The notes: a model not told the origin generated them from the letters alone. 62,126 nucleotides of DNA from Candidatus Brocadiia bacterium (GCA_046538485.1 JBKHIT010000025.1:1-62126), one strand, 5' to 3'; numbered from the stretch's first letter, positions 18,193-30,041 are shown. Numbers and translations are program-made.

Positions 18193-21100
18193 ATGATGAG
18201 CAAAAAAGGATCTTATATCATCATTTTGATGTGCTTCATAGCCATCGGAATGCGATTGCGGCGGGTGGATGCTGGACCAGGCATACCGATCCACTTTAAC
18301 CTGAAGAAACCCGGCTACGTCACCCTGGTCATCGAGGATAAGACGGGCAGGAGAGTTCGAAATCTCATCGCCGATACTTTTTTCGAAGCGGGAACCCATA
18401 CGGTCTGGTGGGATGGGTTAGATGCGGGAGATTTCTTGCCCATCCCGAAGGAACACGGTAGCCACAAGTATTACGATATTTTGCAGGAACAGGTACCCCC
18501 CGGTACGTATTATGTCCGCGGTATCGTGCACGAAGACATTGAATTGAAATACGAATTCAGCGTACAGAGTCCCGGCAATCCCCCCTGGAAAACGAGTGAC
18601 CGAACGGGCAACTGGCTGGCAGATCACACTCCGCCCGTGGAAGCGCTCTTTTTGCCCGACGGATCGCCCCATGGTGAGAAACCTCAGGTGATGATTTCAG
18701 CCCCCACGGGAGAAGCCGGGTATTCCACGATGTGGCTGACGCTGGATGGGGAAAAACTCTACGGAGCCAAAATGCGCGGATGGCGTTCGGCTCTCGCCGC
18801 AGCGCGCGACGACGGTCCCGGGGCCAACACCGACTACTACGCCTATGGGTTAGTTGAAGGCCGGTTGTACGGTTTCAAAGCGAACGTTACGGATGCGGAG
18901 GGCGGCAGCCAATATCGCGAGATAGTCGAGATCAAAACACCGGAAGCGGTCAGGCACGACGACTGGAACTGGTTGCGAAAAGATATGACATACGGCATGG
19001 CTGCCCGCAATGGATTTGTGCTGATCAGCTATCCGTGTCGGGACGCTGTGATCTTTTTTAATACGCGCAAAACGGGCGAAGACGCCCAGATTGGCACTGC
19101 TGAGGTGGCCGACCCCCGCGGCATGACGTTCGACAGCAAGGGGAATTTGTATCTGATTTGTGGTACTGCTGTTAAGCGATACGAGCAGGTCAGTGCTGCG
19201 CAGGCGAAACTGGGTCCGGGGAAAGAGATTATCAGAGGACTGGAAGATCCGAACCGTCTGGTGCTGGGGCCGGAAGGCAATTTTTATGTTTCCGATACGG
19301 GGGAGAGCCATCAGGTCAAGGTTTTCACCCCGGCCGGAAAACCCATCCGAACAATAGGAGATCCCGGCGGGCCGCAGCTCGGGCACTACAATGAGCGCCG
19401 CATGTCGAACCCCGCAGGTATGGCGATTGACTCCGACGGGAAGCTCTGGGTTACTGAAGCCGAGTATATGCCCAAGCGCATCAGCGTCTGGAACGCCCGC
19501 AGTGGTGACTTCATACGCGCTTATTACGGTCCACCGAAGTACGGCGGCGGCGGACGGCTCGATCCCGGAGACCGAACGAAATTTTACTACGGTGTGGGGA
19601 CCGGGACGATCGAGTTTACGCTGGATTGGGAAAAGGGAACGGCAAAGCCCACCAAGATCTGTTACCGGAGAGGAGCAATGGTCAACAACATGGGAGGTGG
19701 GGGACCTCAAAAAGTTGTATACGGTGAGGATGGACGCCGGTATTTTGCCGGAGGCGGCAACCTGTATGTGATGGGCGCAAAAGGCGTGCTGAAATTAATC
19801 GCGTACAACGGTATGGCAGGCAAACATCACAAGCAGCTGGGGCAGTTCATCAACGACCATCCTTCTCTTGAGATTAAAAACAACCGCGGGCGGCCGATTA
19901 ACAAGAAATTTGTCTTCATTTCCTGGTCTGATCTCAACGGGGATCAGCATTTCCAGATGGAAGAAGTGAAGACGACCCGATCGCCGCAGGCCTGGATGGG
20001 TGTCCGCTATCAGCCGGATCTATCAATCAGAACGAGTCGCGGGATTTCGGTTGGACCTCCGAGTTTCAGTGACGGAGGCGTGCCGGTATGGGATCTGGAG
20101 ACTTTGCGTCAGGACATCGATTTTGCCGATCTGCCCTCTATGAACGACCCAAAACACTACAAGGACAACTACCGCGGCAGTTACGCTTTTCTGCCGGAGG
20201 ATGGCTATCAGGTGATGACCCGCGGACCGATATACGGTTGGAAAGACGGCCGGTTCGTGTGGGTCTATCACAGCCAGTGGCCCATGCGTGGGACGGGATT
20301 TGATCCTGTCCCGCAGTATCCGGGCCATCTGATCGCGACGGCGGGCGTTATTGGAACATTTACCCCGCCTTCAGGTGAGCTTGGTGCGGCGTGGATCCTC
20401 AACAATGATCGCGGCTCCATTTATGTGTTGTCCAGCGATGGCCTTTTTTTAACCGATCTTGGCGGCGATGCCCGAACACACCGGCAACTGGGTCCTCCTG
20501 AGGCCGAACGTGGCATGGTGATCGATGATTATAGTTTTGGGACGGAACTTTTCGGGCCGGCTGCGACCCAGATAAAAGGTAAGAAAACATATTTAACTGC
20601 CGGTCATCCCAGCACCAACATCTTCGAGATCACCGGATTGGACACTGTCCGGCGACTGCCTCGCCGGTCCGTTGAGGTTGAGCCCGGCCTTCTCGCGGAT
20701 TGTCCGGAGGCCCGTCTTTTGCCGGCCGACCGTCGTGAACACAAAACCGCAACTGTCATCGTGTGCAATGAGGCTCCTGAGGTGGATGGTAAGCTGGGCG
20801 ACTGGCAGGACGCAAGCTGGGTGAAGGTGGACGATCGACTGAACATCCGGGGGGCGATGGCTGTGTGCGGCGATACGCTCTACGTTGCCTGGGACATCGG
20901 CACGCCGGACCTTTTGAAAAACGATGCGGCCGATGGGTGGAAGTATCTTTTTGCAACCGGGGGAGGTCTGGACTTAATGTTGCGGACCCGGCCTGATTCG
21001 GAAGACCGGCCTCGCCGCCGGAAATATCACTCCTACAGCGAGACTGCTGCCAGGGGCGACCTGCGCCTTTTCATCACCCGGGTGGGCGATCCAGAGTCGG

Positions 21101-22017
21101 GGCCGGTCCGTGCCGTGCGTTTCCAGCAGGTGGGCGGAGAGGGCGACTCTATGACGTACGTTTCACCTGTCGGACAGGTAGATTTTGATGCAGTGAAAGA
21201 TGTTTCTCACAGGGTAAAACTCGCGCAAAAGGCGGGCCAATTCGAAGTTGCCGTGCCTTTATCCGTGTTGAACTTTTCGGTACGGCCGGGATTGGAAACG
21301 CTGGGCGATATTGGTGTGTTGACCGGAGACGGAGACCAGACGACGAACCGGCTGTACTGGAACAACAAAGCCTCGAACATGGTCTCTGATATTCCCACCG
21401 AGGCGCGTTTGACCCCCGAGGAATGGGGAACCCTGAGATTTACGAAAGCGGACAATTTGGACGCTCGTCGCCGTGGGGTCAGTTTGGGCGGGGTATTTTT
21501 TGACGAAAGAAAAAGCAGCCTCTCCGGAGGGAAGGAAATATCTCTGGTTGACCTGGACGCGGAGGCATTTTCGGGCGATCGTGCTGCTGCGGTCAGCGGC
21601 CGTGTGCTGGTCCGTCCGCGCTCGGCCCCGTTTCTCATCACGGAAAATCCCGAAGAGAATGAATACCGGTACTTCCAGATGGCCTGGAAACCCCAGACGC
21701 CGGGTAAAATCCATCTGGAGGTGCGGGTGGAAGACACGCAGGTGGTGCGGGCCGATACCGAGGTTGAAATGGCGAAACAAACCAAACCGGGCGGGCAGGA
21801 CGAGGATATCACCGGGGACCTTATGGGCGAGCTGGAGGAGAGGAAGGGTGAAAAAGATGGGGGGCAAAAAGATTCCCGGGGCTGGCAGGTGGAAAAGATT
21901 GACCTGTGGAACGTGTGGAAACGCCCCCGGCGGGTAACTTCTATATGGATCTATGTTAAAGGTGGGCGTGTTCTCATTGACGATGTGCGGCTGAGGCGAA
22001 ACCTGAATTCAAAATAA
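18193..22017 (+). CDS. Large secreted protein: FlgD-like Ig, NHL/beta-propeller repeats, CBM9-like domain, extra C-terminal beta-sandwich (A1)
   Basis: Signal-like N-terminus. PGYVTLVIED..GRRVRNLI..AG.HTVWWDG (FlgD-Ig), DPRGMTFD/PAGMAIDSDGKLWV (NHL), PEVDGKLGDW (CBM9-like). AGGAG RBS. Confidence 0.8.
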   Translation: MMSKKGSYIIILMCFIAIGMRLRRVDAGPGIPIHFNLKKPGYVTLVIEDKTGRRVRNLIADTFFEAGTHTVWWDGLDAGDFLPIPKEHGSHKYYDILQEQVPPGTYYVRGIVHEDIELKYEFSVQSPGNPPWKTSDRTGNWLADHTPPVEALFLPDGSPHGEKPQVMISAPTGEAGYSTMWLTLDGEKLYGAKMRGWRSALAAARDDGPGANTDYYAYGLVEGRLYGFKANVTDAEGGSQYREIVEIKTPEAVRHDDWNWLRKDMTYGMAARNGFVLISYPCRDAVIFFNTRKTGEDAQIGTAEVADPRGMTFDSKGNLYLICGTAVKRYEQVSAAQAKLGPGKEIIRGLEDPNRLVLGPEGNFYVSDTGESHQVKVFTPAGKPIRTIGDPGGPQLGHYNERRMSNPAGMAIDSDGKLWVTEAEYMPKRISVWNARSGDFIRAYYGPPKYGGGGRLDPGDRTKFYYGVGTGTIEFTLDWEKGTAKPTKICYRRGAMVNNMGGGGPQKVVYGEDGRRYFAGGGNLYVMGAKGVLKLIAYNGMAGKHHKQLGQFINDHPSLEIKNNRGRPINKKFVFISWSDLNGDQHFQMEEVKTTRSPQAWMGVRYQPDLSIRTSRGISVGPPSFSDGGVPVWDLETLRQDIDFADLPSMNDPKHYKDNYRGSYAFLPEDGYQVMTRGPIYGWKDGRFVWVYHSQWPMRGTGFDPVPQYPGHLIATAGVIGTFTPPSGELGAAWILNNDRGSIYVLSSDGLFLTDLGGDARTHRQLGPPEAERGMVIDDYSFGTELFGPAATQIKGKKTYLTAGHPSTNIFEITGLDTVRRLPRRSVEVEPGLLADCPEARLLPADRREHKTATVIVCNEAPEVDGKLGDWQDASWVKVDDRLNIRGAMAVCGDTLYVAWDIGTPDLLKNDAADGWKYLFATGGGLDLMLRTRPDSEDRPRRRKYHSYSETAARGDLRLFITRVGDPESGPVRAVRFQQVGGEGDSMTYVSPVGQVDFDAVKDVSHRVKLAQKAGQFEVAVPLSVLNFSVRPGLETLGDIGVLTGDGDQTTNRLYWNNKASNMVSDIPTEARLTPEEWGTLRFTKADNLDARRRGVSLGGVFFDERKSSLSGGKEISLVDLDAEAFSGDRAAAVSGRVLVRPRSAPFLITENPEENEYRYFQMAWKPQTPGKIHLEVRVEDTQVVRADTEVEMAKQTKPGGQDEDITGDLMGELEERKGEKDGGQKDSRGWQVEKIDLWNVWKRPRRVTSIWIYVKGGRVLIDDVRLRRNLNSK

Positions 22018-22033
22018 AAATAGGAAATGAAAA

Positions 22034-25000
22034 ATGGGACGAGAGCATAAAATTATGGGAACAGTTTCTGCACCAGTGTTTTTGTGCATACTTCTGGTGG
22101 TCATACGGAGCGTCCCGGCGTCCCAGCCGCTTGTTCGAACGGTCAATCGCCGGATGCCGCCCGAGGAGTTTGCAGAAACCTGGGGCGTCAATCCCGATCG
22201 AATGCGGGAGTCGTTTGGTCGGAACGAGAAGGTACGTCTTATTCTCAAAAATTGCAGTGCTCCGGCGAACGTTCTGTGGCCCGGGGAGACGGCCAGTTTC
22301 ACGTTTCATGTGGAAAATCTGACGGATAAGGCTCTTGATCTTTCGGGTAAAGTGCATATTATTCGCTACCAGACGTATACCAAACCGGGCACCAATTTTT
22401 TCAAAATTGGGATCCGTAAGCTGAAAGAGACCGGCACCGTTCCGATCGCCATTAAAATTGAGCCAGAGGGGTGGGGGGATGTGACCGTTACTCCGAAGAT
22501 CCCGGAGGAGTTCGGGGGCTATGCACTCATCGTCGATTTCCCGGGGCAGGATCGTCTGTTTGGAGCCTCTTGCGTGCGGTCTTATAAACCCGAGCATCGC
22601 GAACAACGTTTTTACAAACTGACCGTAGATCTGCGTGATATCGATGCTCTCAAGCGTTTGGGCGTGGCCCCGAATCGGATAGGTATGAGTTACACGCCGA
22701 CGACCCGTGACAATTTTGAAAAACGATATGAGCAGAAAACCGAGTATCTGCGCCGGTTGCAGAAAGCCGGCCGGACGGTGACGGTCGAGTTTGGCGCGGG
22801 GGCTCGAGACCATCAGCCCTTAGGGCGTCCCCGTCCCTGGCTGGATGAAAATGATGTGATGAAAAAAGGCAAGTCCGACATGGCCTGGTTGCCGTCGATG
22901 GACGATGATTTTCGTCGGTTTGTGAAACGTTTGCTGGTCGATTATGGATGGCCCAGAGGCCCCATCAACGGGGTTATGCTCTGGAATGAACCATGGGAAG
23001 GAATCAGCATATCAGGTTGGGGAGCTGACATGATCCGTTACCGGAATCTGTACACGGCCATGGCGCAAGGGGTGGAAGATGCCGAACAGGAAGCGGGGGT
23101 GGAAGTCTTCATCGGCGGGTGTGATTCCAGCTCCAATACCATGGATAAGCTTTTCGGTGATGGATCCAAGAAATTTCTCAAATGGCTCGACTTCATGAGT
23201 ATTCACTACCAGGGTACGAATCCATGTACGACAATTCGGATGTTCAACGAGCGGACGGACGAAAACGGGAATCCGGCGCCCGTGCAGGTCTGGGATACCG
23301 AGAGCTGGGTTGCTAACTCCGACGATCGAATTGCCGGCGTGCTGGCGGCCATGTACTCCTTCGGGCAAAAAAGGGTGGTAGGTATTAACAGCAATAAGAT
23401 GGTGACGACCTCTTTCAATACCCGGCTCCGTGGTGTTAAGGGCAAACGGCGAATCCTTCAGACCTGGTCGGCGGGAGCGGCGATCGGAGCGTTCCAGCAT
23501 TTCGTCGGCGAACGGGACTTCCGGGAACTGCTTTTCCGCAAAGCCCCGCCCTTTGTGATGATTTTTGAAGGTGAAAATCAGGAAGATGGGACCGTCGTGG
23601 TGCTGGGGGATATGGGATCTATCTTTGGTTTCAAAAATGTGCCGTTTTTCACCTGCCGCAGCCAGCAGGAGGTGAGGATCAAAGAGGAATTGCGAAAAAA
23701 ACTGGCCTCCCTGCCGGCCGATGCCCCTGAGCGCGAGGAGATAACCGCCAGACTCAAAAAATATATGCCCTGGACGGGCGCCAAAATGACTCTTCGATGT
23801 CCGGACAATGCGTTCAGCCTCTACGATTTCTACGGGAACCGTGTCGAGACGAAAAACGGAGAGATCGTTGTCCCGCTGGACGCGCGGGGTTTCTATCTGC
23901 GGGGGAACGGAGAGAAAGGATCCTTTTCAAAACTCCTTGCTGCTCTGAAGAATGCGCGAGTGTATGGGGTGGAGCCGTTGGTCACGGAAGCCCTGGATAT
24001 GACAGCTCCGATAGCCGAAAAGCCTGCTATCCGGTTGAAATCAACCAACGCCCTGAACCGCCCCATCAAAGGAGAACTGAACGTATCGGTGGCGGGATTG
24101 AAGGTGAGACATCCACAGACGGTGTCTTTCGGACCGCACGAGCGGAAAATTATCAACGTAAGGGTGACGGACGGGGAGCCGCGAGCGGATAATCTTTATC
24201 CGATGCGCATGGTATTCGATGCCGGCGACGATGGACTGGCCGTGCACGAAGAGACCATGCGGGTTAACTGGATTGAGAACAGGAATATTGCCGTCGACGG
24301 CCAGCTCGACGATTGGGAAGGGGCGATCCCGCAGCAAATCAGGGCCGGGGGGGTGCACGGGGCGACAATGATGGAGAAGGTGTGGCGTCCGTTTCTCCAG
24401 TTTGATGAGACGGTGGGAAAAGGTTTCGCGGTGGGGTATCTGGCTTACGATGAGAAGTTCTTTTACTTCGGAGCCAAAATCAGCGATTCTTCACCGCATC
24501 CGGGAACCGTCAGGTTTGAGAGGTGCAATGACGATGATTATTTCTATCCCGGGGTGTGCTATCAGGTCGATGCCGACAAGACCTTTGCTACGGTTAACGG
24601 TGGTGTGAAGGGCAGTTTTTCGGATTTGCTTCCCGTGAAAAAACCCGGGAGCAAGGAGAAAATTTCGGCCAGAGGTTGGAAAGGGCTGTCCCGCTACGCC
24701 GCATTTGACATCGATGCTGGCGAGAGCCCGACGGCTTTCTCCGTGTATTACCTGCACTGGAAAGGGAAATACCCGCGGTGGTCTCGTCCCGAGATCCTTG
24801 CCAGAGACAGCGGTGAGAAATTGCTGAAAGTAAAACCCGAGAAGACCGGTTACGGTACGTATTTCCGGTTTTTGATTCGGGGCAAGGTCCGGCTTCATTT
24901 TCCATCTAACTGGCGACGTGGCGCGATTGTGGGGCTTTTCCTCGATCCGGCGAAAGGTGTGGACGGAGAAGGCCTGAAGAATCCGGGGGCAAAATTCCTT

Positions 25001-25711
25001 GGTACCGATACTGAGACTGAGGCGAACTGGCCCGGTGCGTACGGGAAACGTGCTTTCTTGTTGCCCGGTGGGGCCAGAGGTGGAGAGCACCAGCGTATTC
25101 GCCTGGTGAACGATGTGAAGAAGAAAAAGCTCGAATGGCCGGAAGGAGTCCGGCGGTACAGTTACCGAAAGCTTCCCATGTTGCCGGCGGGCAACGCACC
25201 CCGTTTCGACAACATACAGATTGCGTTCAATGTGTTGCCCCCCGAAAAAAAGTGGATGAAACCCTATCCGCCGGGCACGATGCCACACTATATCGGCTAT
25301 GCCGATACCGATTACGAATACGCCTTAAACAAAGTGGCTGACGAATACGGCGGGGGGGTTGAGGTATGGCGGCTTCGTTATCCCGGTATGCCGCACAAAC
25401 ATTTCTATCCGCGCCAACCGGAATCTCCTTTTGACGGACCGGTCAAGAAGGCGAGGCTCGCGGTTCGGTACGAGGGCAACACCCGGTTCACGGAATGCGC
25501 CATACCGTGGGCGGAAATTCCCCGGGTGAAGAAACGTCTCGATGCCGGCGAGAATATCAAATTTTCTTTCAAAGTCAATCACGACGATTCCGGGATGTGC
25601 ATGGAACTTTCCAAAGGGCGTTCGGTGGCACGGCGCAACAACAGTTTTCACGTGGATTGGAGAGAAAGCTGGGCGAACGAACTGGAATTTGGTATTGAAA
25701 CGCAACGCTAA
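22034..25711 (+). CDS. Large secreted clan GH-A-like (GH39-like) barrel protein with C-terminal CBM9-like domain (B1)
   Basis: Signal peptide. LWNEPWEG (acid/base-like), MSIHY, VWDTESW (nucleophile-like). IAVDGQLDDW..YLAYDEKFFYFGAKISD..ECAIPW. Confidence 0.75.
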   Translation: MGREHKIMGTVSAPVFLCILLVVIRSVPASQPLVRTVNRRMPPEEFAETWGVNPDRMRESFGRNEKVRLILKNCSAPANVLWPGETASFTFHVENLTDKALDLSGKVHIIRYQTYTKPGTNFFKIGIRKLKETGTVPIAIKIEPEGWGDVTVTPKIPEEFGGYALIVDFPGQDRLFGASCVRSYKPEHREQRFYKLTVDLRDIDALKRLGVAPNRIGMSYTPTTRDNFEKRYEQKTEYLRRLQKAGRTVTVEFGAGARDHQPLGRPRPWLDENDVMKKGKSDMAWLPSMDDDFRRFVKRLLVDYGWPRGPINGVMLWNEPWEGISISGWGADMIRYRNLYTAMAQGVEDAEQEAGVEVFIGGCDSSSNTMDKLFGDGSKKFLKWLDFMSIHYQGTNPCTTIRMFNERTDENGNPAPVQVWDTESWVANSDDRIAGVLAAMYSFGQKRVVGINSNKMVTTSFNTRLRGVKGKRRILQTWSAGAAIGAFQHFVGERDFRELLFRKAPPFVMIFEGENQEDGTVVVLGDMGSIFGFKNVPFFTCRSQQEVRIKEELRKKLASLPADAPEREEITARLKKYMPWTGAKMTLRCPDNAFSLYDFYGNRVETKNGEIVVPLDARGFYLRGNGEKGSFSKLLAALKNARVYGVEPLVTEALDMTAPIAEKPAIRLKSTNALNRPIKGELNVSVAGLKVRHPQTVSFGPHERKIINVRVTDGEPRADNLYPMRMVFDAGDDGLAVHEETMRVNWIENRNIAVDGQLDDWEGAIPQQIRAGGVHGATMMEKVWRPFLQFDETVGKGFAVGYLAYDEKFFYFGAKISDSSPHPGTVRFERCNDDDYFYPGVCYQVDADKTFATVNGGVKGSFSDLLPVKKPGSKEKISARGWKGLSRYAAFDIDAGESPTAFSVYYLHWKGKYPRWSRPEILARDSGEKLLKVKPEKTGYGTYFRFLIRGKVRLHFPSNWRRGAIVGLFLDPAKGVDGEGLKNPGAKFLGTDTETEANWPGAYGKRAFLLPGGARGGEHQRIRLVNDVKKKKLEWPEGVRRYSYRKLPMLPAGNAPRFDNIQIAFNVLPPEKKWMKPYPPGTMPHYIGYADTDYEYALNKVADEYGGGVEVWRLRYPGMPHKHFYPRQPESPFDGPVKKARLAVRYEGNTRFTECAIPWAEIPRVKKRLDAGENIKFSFKVNHDDSGMCMELSKGRSVARRNNSFHVDWRESWANELEFGIETQR

Positions 25712-25722
25712 AGGATAATGTT

Positions 25723-28700
25723 ATGCGCACGGTTATGACGGCCTTTTCGATTATTCTCTGGGGGCTCGGAGTCTGCTGGGCGCAGCAGGTCCCTGACAGT
25801 TTAGCCCCACCATCTGCCGACCAATCGACCGAACTAACTCCTTCGGCCGAGGCCAATATCCCGATCCAATTTCATATCGAAAGCGCCGGTTATGTCACGA
25901 TCGTTATTGAAGATTCCGAGGGGAAACGCATCCGCAACCTGATCAGCGATACTTTTTATGAGGCCGGAGAGCATACCGTTTACTGGGATGGTTACGACGT
26001 CGGCGATAAGAAGGGCAAAGAGGAACACTTTGATGTGCATCGCCATCTCGTAAGCCCCGGTTCTTACAGGGTGAAGGGGCTTATCCACGATGACATCGAG
26101 TTGAAATACGAATTTGCCGTGCAGAGTCCGGGCGACCCGCCCTGGTATACGACGGATCGTTCGGGCGGGTGGCTTGCGGACCATACGCCACCCCAGACAG
26201 CGCTTTTTGTGCCCGGGGGAAGCCCATTCGGCCAAAATCCCCAGATTATATTGACCGCTACGGTGGCGGAAGCCGGACACTGCATTATGTGGCTTACGGA
26301 AGATGGGGGAAAACTCTACGGCGGCAAATTCGCCGGCTGGAGGGGGCCATCGGCTCTGGCCCGGGATAAAGGTCCCAATCCTGACAAACGGTTTTATGCC
26401 TGCGCGATGGTCTATGATCGCGGTCACCTGGCGTTGTATGGACTGCCTGTGGAGAGCGAAAACTATACGTCGTCCCGCTTTTACCACCGGGAAACAAAGA
26501 TGCCCCGAAAACAGCCGGACCGGCGGGGAGAGCTGGCAAAAATGGGACTGGTGGTCTGGAACGGCGTCGCTGCATACACTCCCCCGCAGATGAACGTGAT
26601 CGAATTCTACGATATATCGGCCAACAAAGTGCTGGGTACTGCCGCGATGGAAGATGCTCGCGGGATGGCTCTGGATCGGAAAGGCCGTTTGTTCGTCATA
26701 AGCGGCACGAGCATTTTGCGTTTCGATGCCCCCCAGTTCAAAAAAGCGACCACGGGAAAGGGACGGGTGATCGTTGAGAATCTGGCTGACCCTCGTAAGC
26801 TGCGAATCGGGCCGCGCGGCCAGCTTTACGTGAGCGATTGGGGAAAGAGCCATCAGGTCAAGATGTTCTCGGGTGACGGCGAGCATATCTGTACGATTGG
26901 CAAAGCCGGAGGTCAGCAGTTCGGTCGCTACAACGAGGAACAGATGTGTCGGCCCGGCGGAATGGCCGTTGACGGCGATGGGAAATTATGGGTGGCGGAA
27001 GTCAGTTATGCTCCGAAACGCATAAGTGTATGGGATACCAAAACGGGTGCATTTCTCCGGGCGTATTATGGCCCACCCCGATACGGAGGAGGCGGTCAGG
27101 TGGATCCCCGGGATGCAAACAGGTTTTACTATCCGAGCGGAGGTCAGGGTATCGAATTCCGCCGCGATGCCGAGACGGACCGGTTCACGCCTCATTCCAT
27201 TTACTGGCATCGAAAACACAGTATGGGACGTTGTCCGGGGACGCCGGTCCACAAGAATGGTCGTCAGTATATGGTTAGCACTTTCATCGGGCCGGCTTAT
27301 TTCCTGGCGCAGGACGCTCAGGTTTATTTTTACAACGAGGAAACGAGCACCGTTCAATGTATTGCCTGGGTCGGGGCTTGCAGCCGGAAGGGAATTAAGG
27401 GACGGTTTCTGGATAAATATACGGACAAGAACCGTGATTTGAAAAAGAAACTCGAAAAGGGATGGGGGGAGGGACACTGGAAACCTCGATTCGCGGTGTG
27501 GTCCGATCTGAATCTCGATGGCGAACCCCAGGCGGATGAGGTTCAGGCCGTGAACTTTGGCAGGAAAAAAGTCCGACGATCCCAATGTGGGGTGAGTTTC
27601 AGCCGGGACCTGGCTATTGCTACCACATCGGGCGTTCACGTCCCGGAGCCGACATTCACCGATCAGGGTGTGCCGGTATGGGATCTGGCGGAATGGGAAC
27701 CTCTTGCATATCACAATGAGCATCTCAGCGATGTGGTCCTCACGCCCGATCGATATTTTGTCTACACGATGGGCGGATACTCGCAACAGCGTGTTATGCG
27801 GGGCTATCGCGATGGCGAATTAATGTGGAAGTTCAACGGCATGAGGCGCGCGGTGGCGCGTCATAAGGGCCAGCTTGTCAACGCTCAGCGGCACATCGGT
27901 TTTCCTTTCAAACCGGTTGCCGGGCAAGCCGGGTGGCTTTTTGCCCTGAACGGGTATCACGGCTCAGTCTATCTGATGACAGGCGACGGACAGTATGTGA
28001 CGGATCTGGGGGCCGATCATCGGACTCATCCAACGATGGGACCCGCGAATGCAAGAAAAGGTATGGTTATCGATGATCTCAGTTTCGGAGCGGAGCATTT
28101 CTGGCCGGCAATGGTCCAGATGGAAGATGGCACAATATATCTGATTGCCGGAGACCGTTGTGAAAATCTGATCTTTGAAGTGGTGGGATTGGATACCGTA
28201 CGGCGTCTGGATTCTTGGGATATTTCAGTGAGTGCTGCGCAGTTGGAGGGCAAACCGAAAAAGATCGTTGTTCCCGGCGAAGCTCGAAAACAAACCCGGC
28301 GCATGAAGGTTGTTATGCGAAAGAAACCGCCTGAACTGGACGGGCAACTCGACGACTGGCCGGGGGCGGCGATGGTGACGATTGACGAGCGCAGAAAGAT
28401 CCGCGGTGCCATGACCGTGCATGGGAAAACCCTCTACGCGGCGTGGAAAACGGAGGACCCGGAGTTGCTGAACAACAATGCTCCAGACGGGTGGCAGTAT
28501 GTTTTCGCGACCGATGGGGGGTTAGATCTTATGTTTCGTGTGAAAGACGATTCAGAGCTGAAACGGGCCGGAAGGGTGGCCGAAGGCGATAAAAGACTCT
28601 TTGTGACCCGGCGCGGCGATCCTCAAAAAAGCCCTGTACTCGCCGTTCTATTCCAACAGGAAGGCGGGAAGGGAGAAGGAGTCACATACGATTCTCCTGT

Positions 28701-29022
28701 CGGTGAGGTTAAATTTGATACAGTTCGCGACGTGAGCGATCGGGTACGACTTGCGCAGAGCGGTGGTAACTACGAGTTATCCGTGCCCCTCTCAATGTTG
28801 GGATTAGAGGTTTCGCATCAGAAAAAAGTGCGGGGGGATATTGGTGTGCTTATTGGAGACGGGAGTCAGGTGCGCGCGCGGCTCTACTGGAATAACAGGA
28901 GCGCAACGATGGTGAGCGATATACCAACCGAAGCACAGCTGACCCCCGGCAGGTGGGGAAAACTGGAATTTGAGAAAAAGACAACCGGAGTGAAAGTTCC
29001 CGAAAAACTTTTGGATCCTTGA
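25723..29022 (+). CDS. Large secreted FlgD-Ig/NHL beta-propeller/CBM9-like protein (A2)
   Basis: Signal peptide (VCWA|Q). Paralog of A1/A3 sharing WLADHTPP, YYGPPRYGGGG, WSDLN.DG, GGLDLM, DIGVLIGDG, SDIPTEA. Confidence 0.8.
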   Translation: MRTVMTAFSIILWGLGVCWAQQVPDSLAPPSADQSTELTPSAEANIPIQFHIESAGYVTIVIEDSEGKRIRNLISDTFYEAGEHTVYWDGYDVGDKKGKEEHFDVHRHLVSPGSYRVKGLIHDDIELKYEFAVQSPGDPPWYTTDRSGGWLADHTPPQTALFVPGGSPFGQNPQIILTATVAEAGHCIMWLTEDGGKLYGGKFAGWRGPSALARDKGPNPDKRFYACAMVYDRGHLALYGLPVESENYTSSRFYHRETKMPRKQPDRRGELAKMGLVVWNGVAAYTPPQMNVIEFYDISANKVLGTAAMEDARGMALDRKGRLFVISGTSILRFDAPQFKKATTGKGRVIVENLADPRKLRIGPRGQLYVSDWGKSHQVKMFSGDGEHICTIGKAGGQQFGRYNEEQMCRPGGMAVDGDGKLWVAEVSYAPKRISVWDTKTGAFLRAYYGPPRYGGGGQVDPRDANRFYYPSGGQGIEFRRDAETDRFTPHSIYWHRKHSMGRCPGTPVHKNGRQYMVSTFIGPAYFLAQDAQVYFYNEETSTVQCIAWVGACSRKGIKGRFLDKYTDKNRDLKKKLEKGWGEGHWKPRFAVWSDLNLDGEPQADEVQAVNFGRKKVRRSQCGVSFSRDLAIATTSGVHVPEPTFTDQGVPVWDLAEWEPLAYHNEHLSDVVLTPDRYFVYTMGGYSQQRVMRGYRDGELMWKFNGMRRAVARHKGQLVNAQRHIGFPFKPVAGQAGWLFALNGYHGSVYLMTGDGQYVTDLGADHRTHPTMGPANARKGMVIDDLSFGAEHFWPAMVQMEDGTIYLIAGDRCENLIFEVVGLDTVRRLDSWDISVSAAQLEGKPKKIVVPGEARKQTRRMKVVMRKKPPELDGQLDDWPGAAMVTIDERRKIRGAMTVHGKTLYAAWKTEDPELLNNNAPDGWQYVFATDGGLDLMFRVKDDSELKRAGRVAEGDKRLFVTRRGDPQKSPVLAVLFQQEGGKGEGVTYDSPVGEVKFDTVRDVSDRVRLAQSGGNYELSVPLSMLGLEVSHQKKVRGDIGVLIGDGSQVRARLYWNNRSATMVSDIPTEAQLTPGRWGKLEFEKKTTGVKVPEKLLDP

Positions 29023-29123
29023 ACCAAAGACATGCAATCTATAGTTAGACTTTGCCACTTTTCGCTATCGATGTTGGATACCGATGTTGGATACCTGCTA
29101 TCTCTTTTTCAGGGGAACTTGCG

Positions 29124-30041
<918 letters not shown>

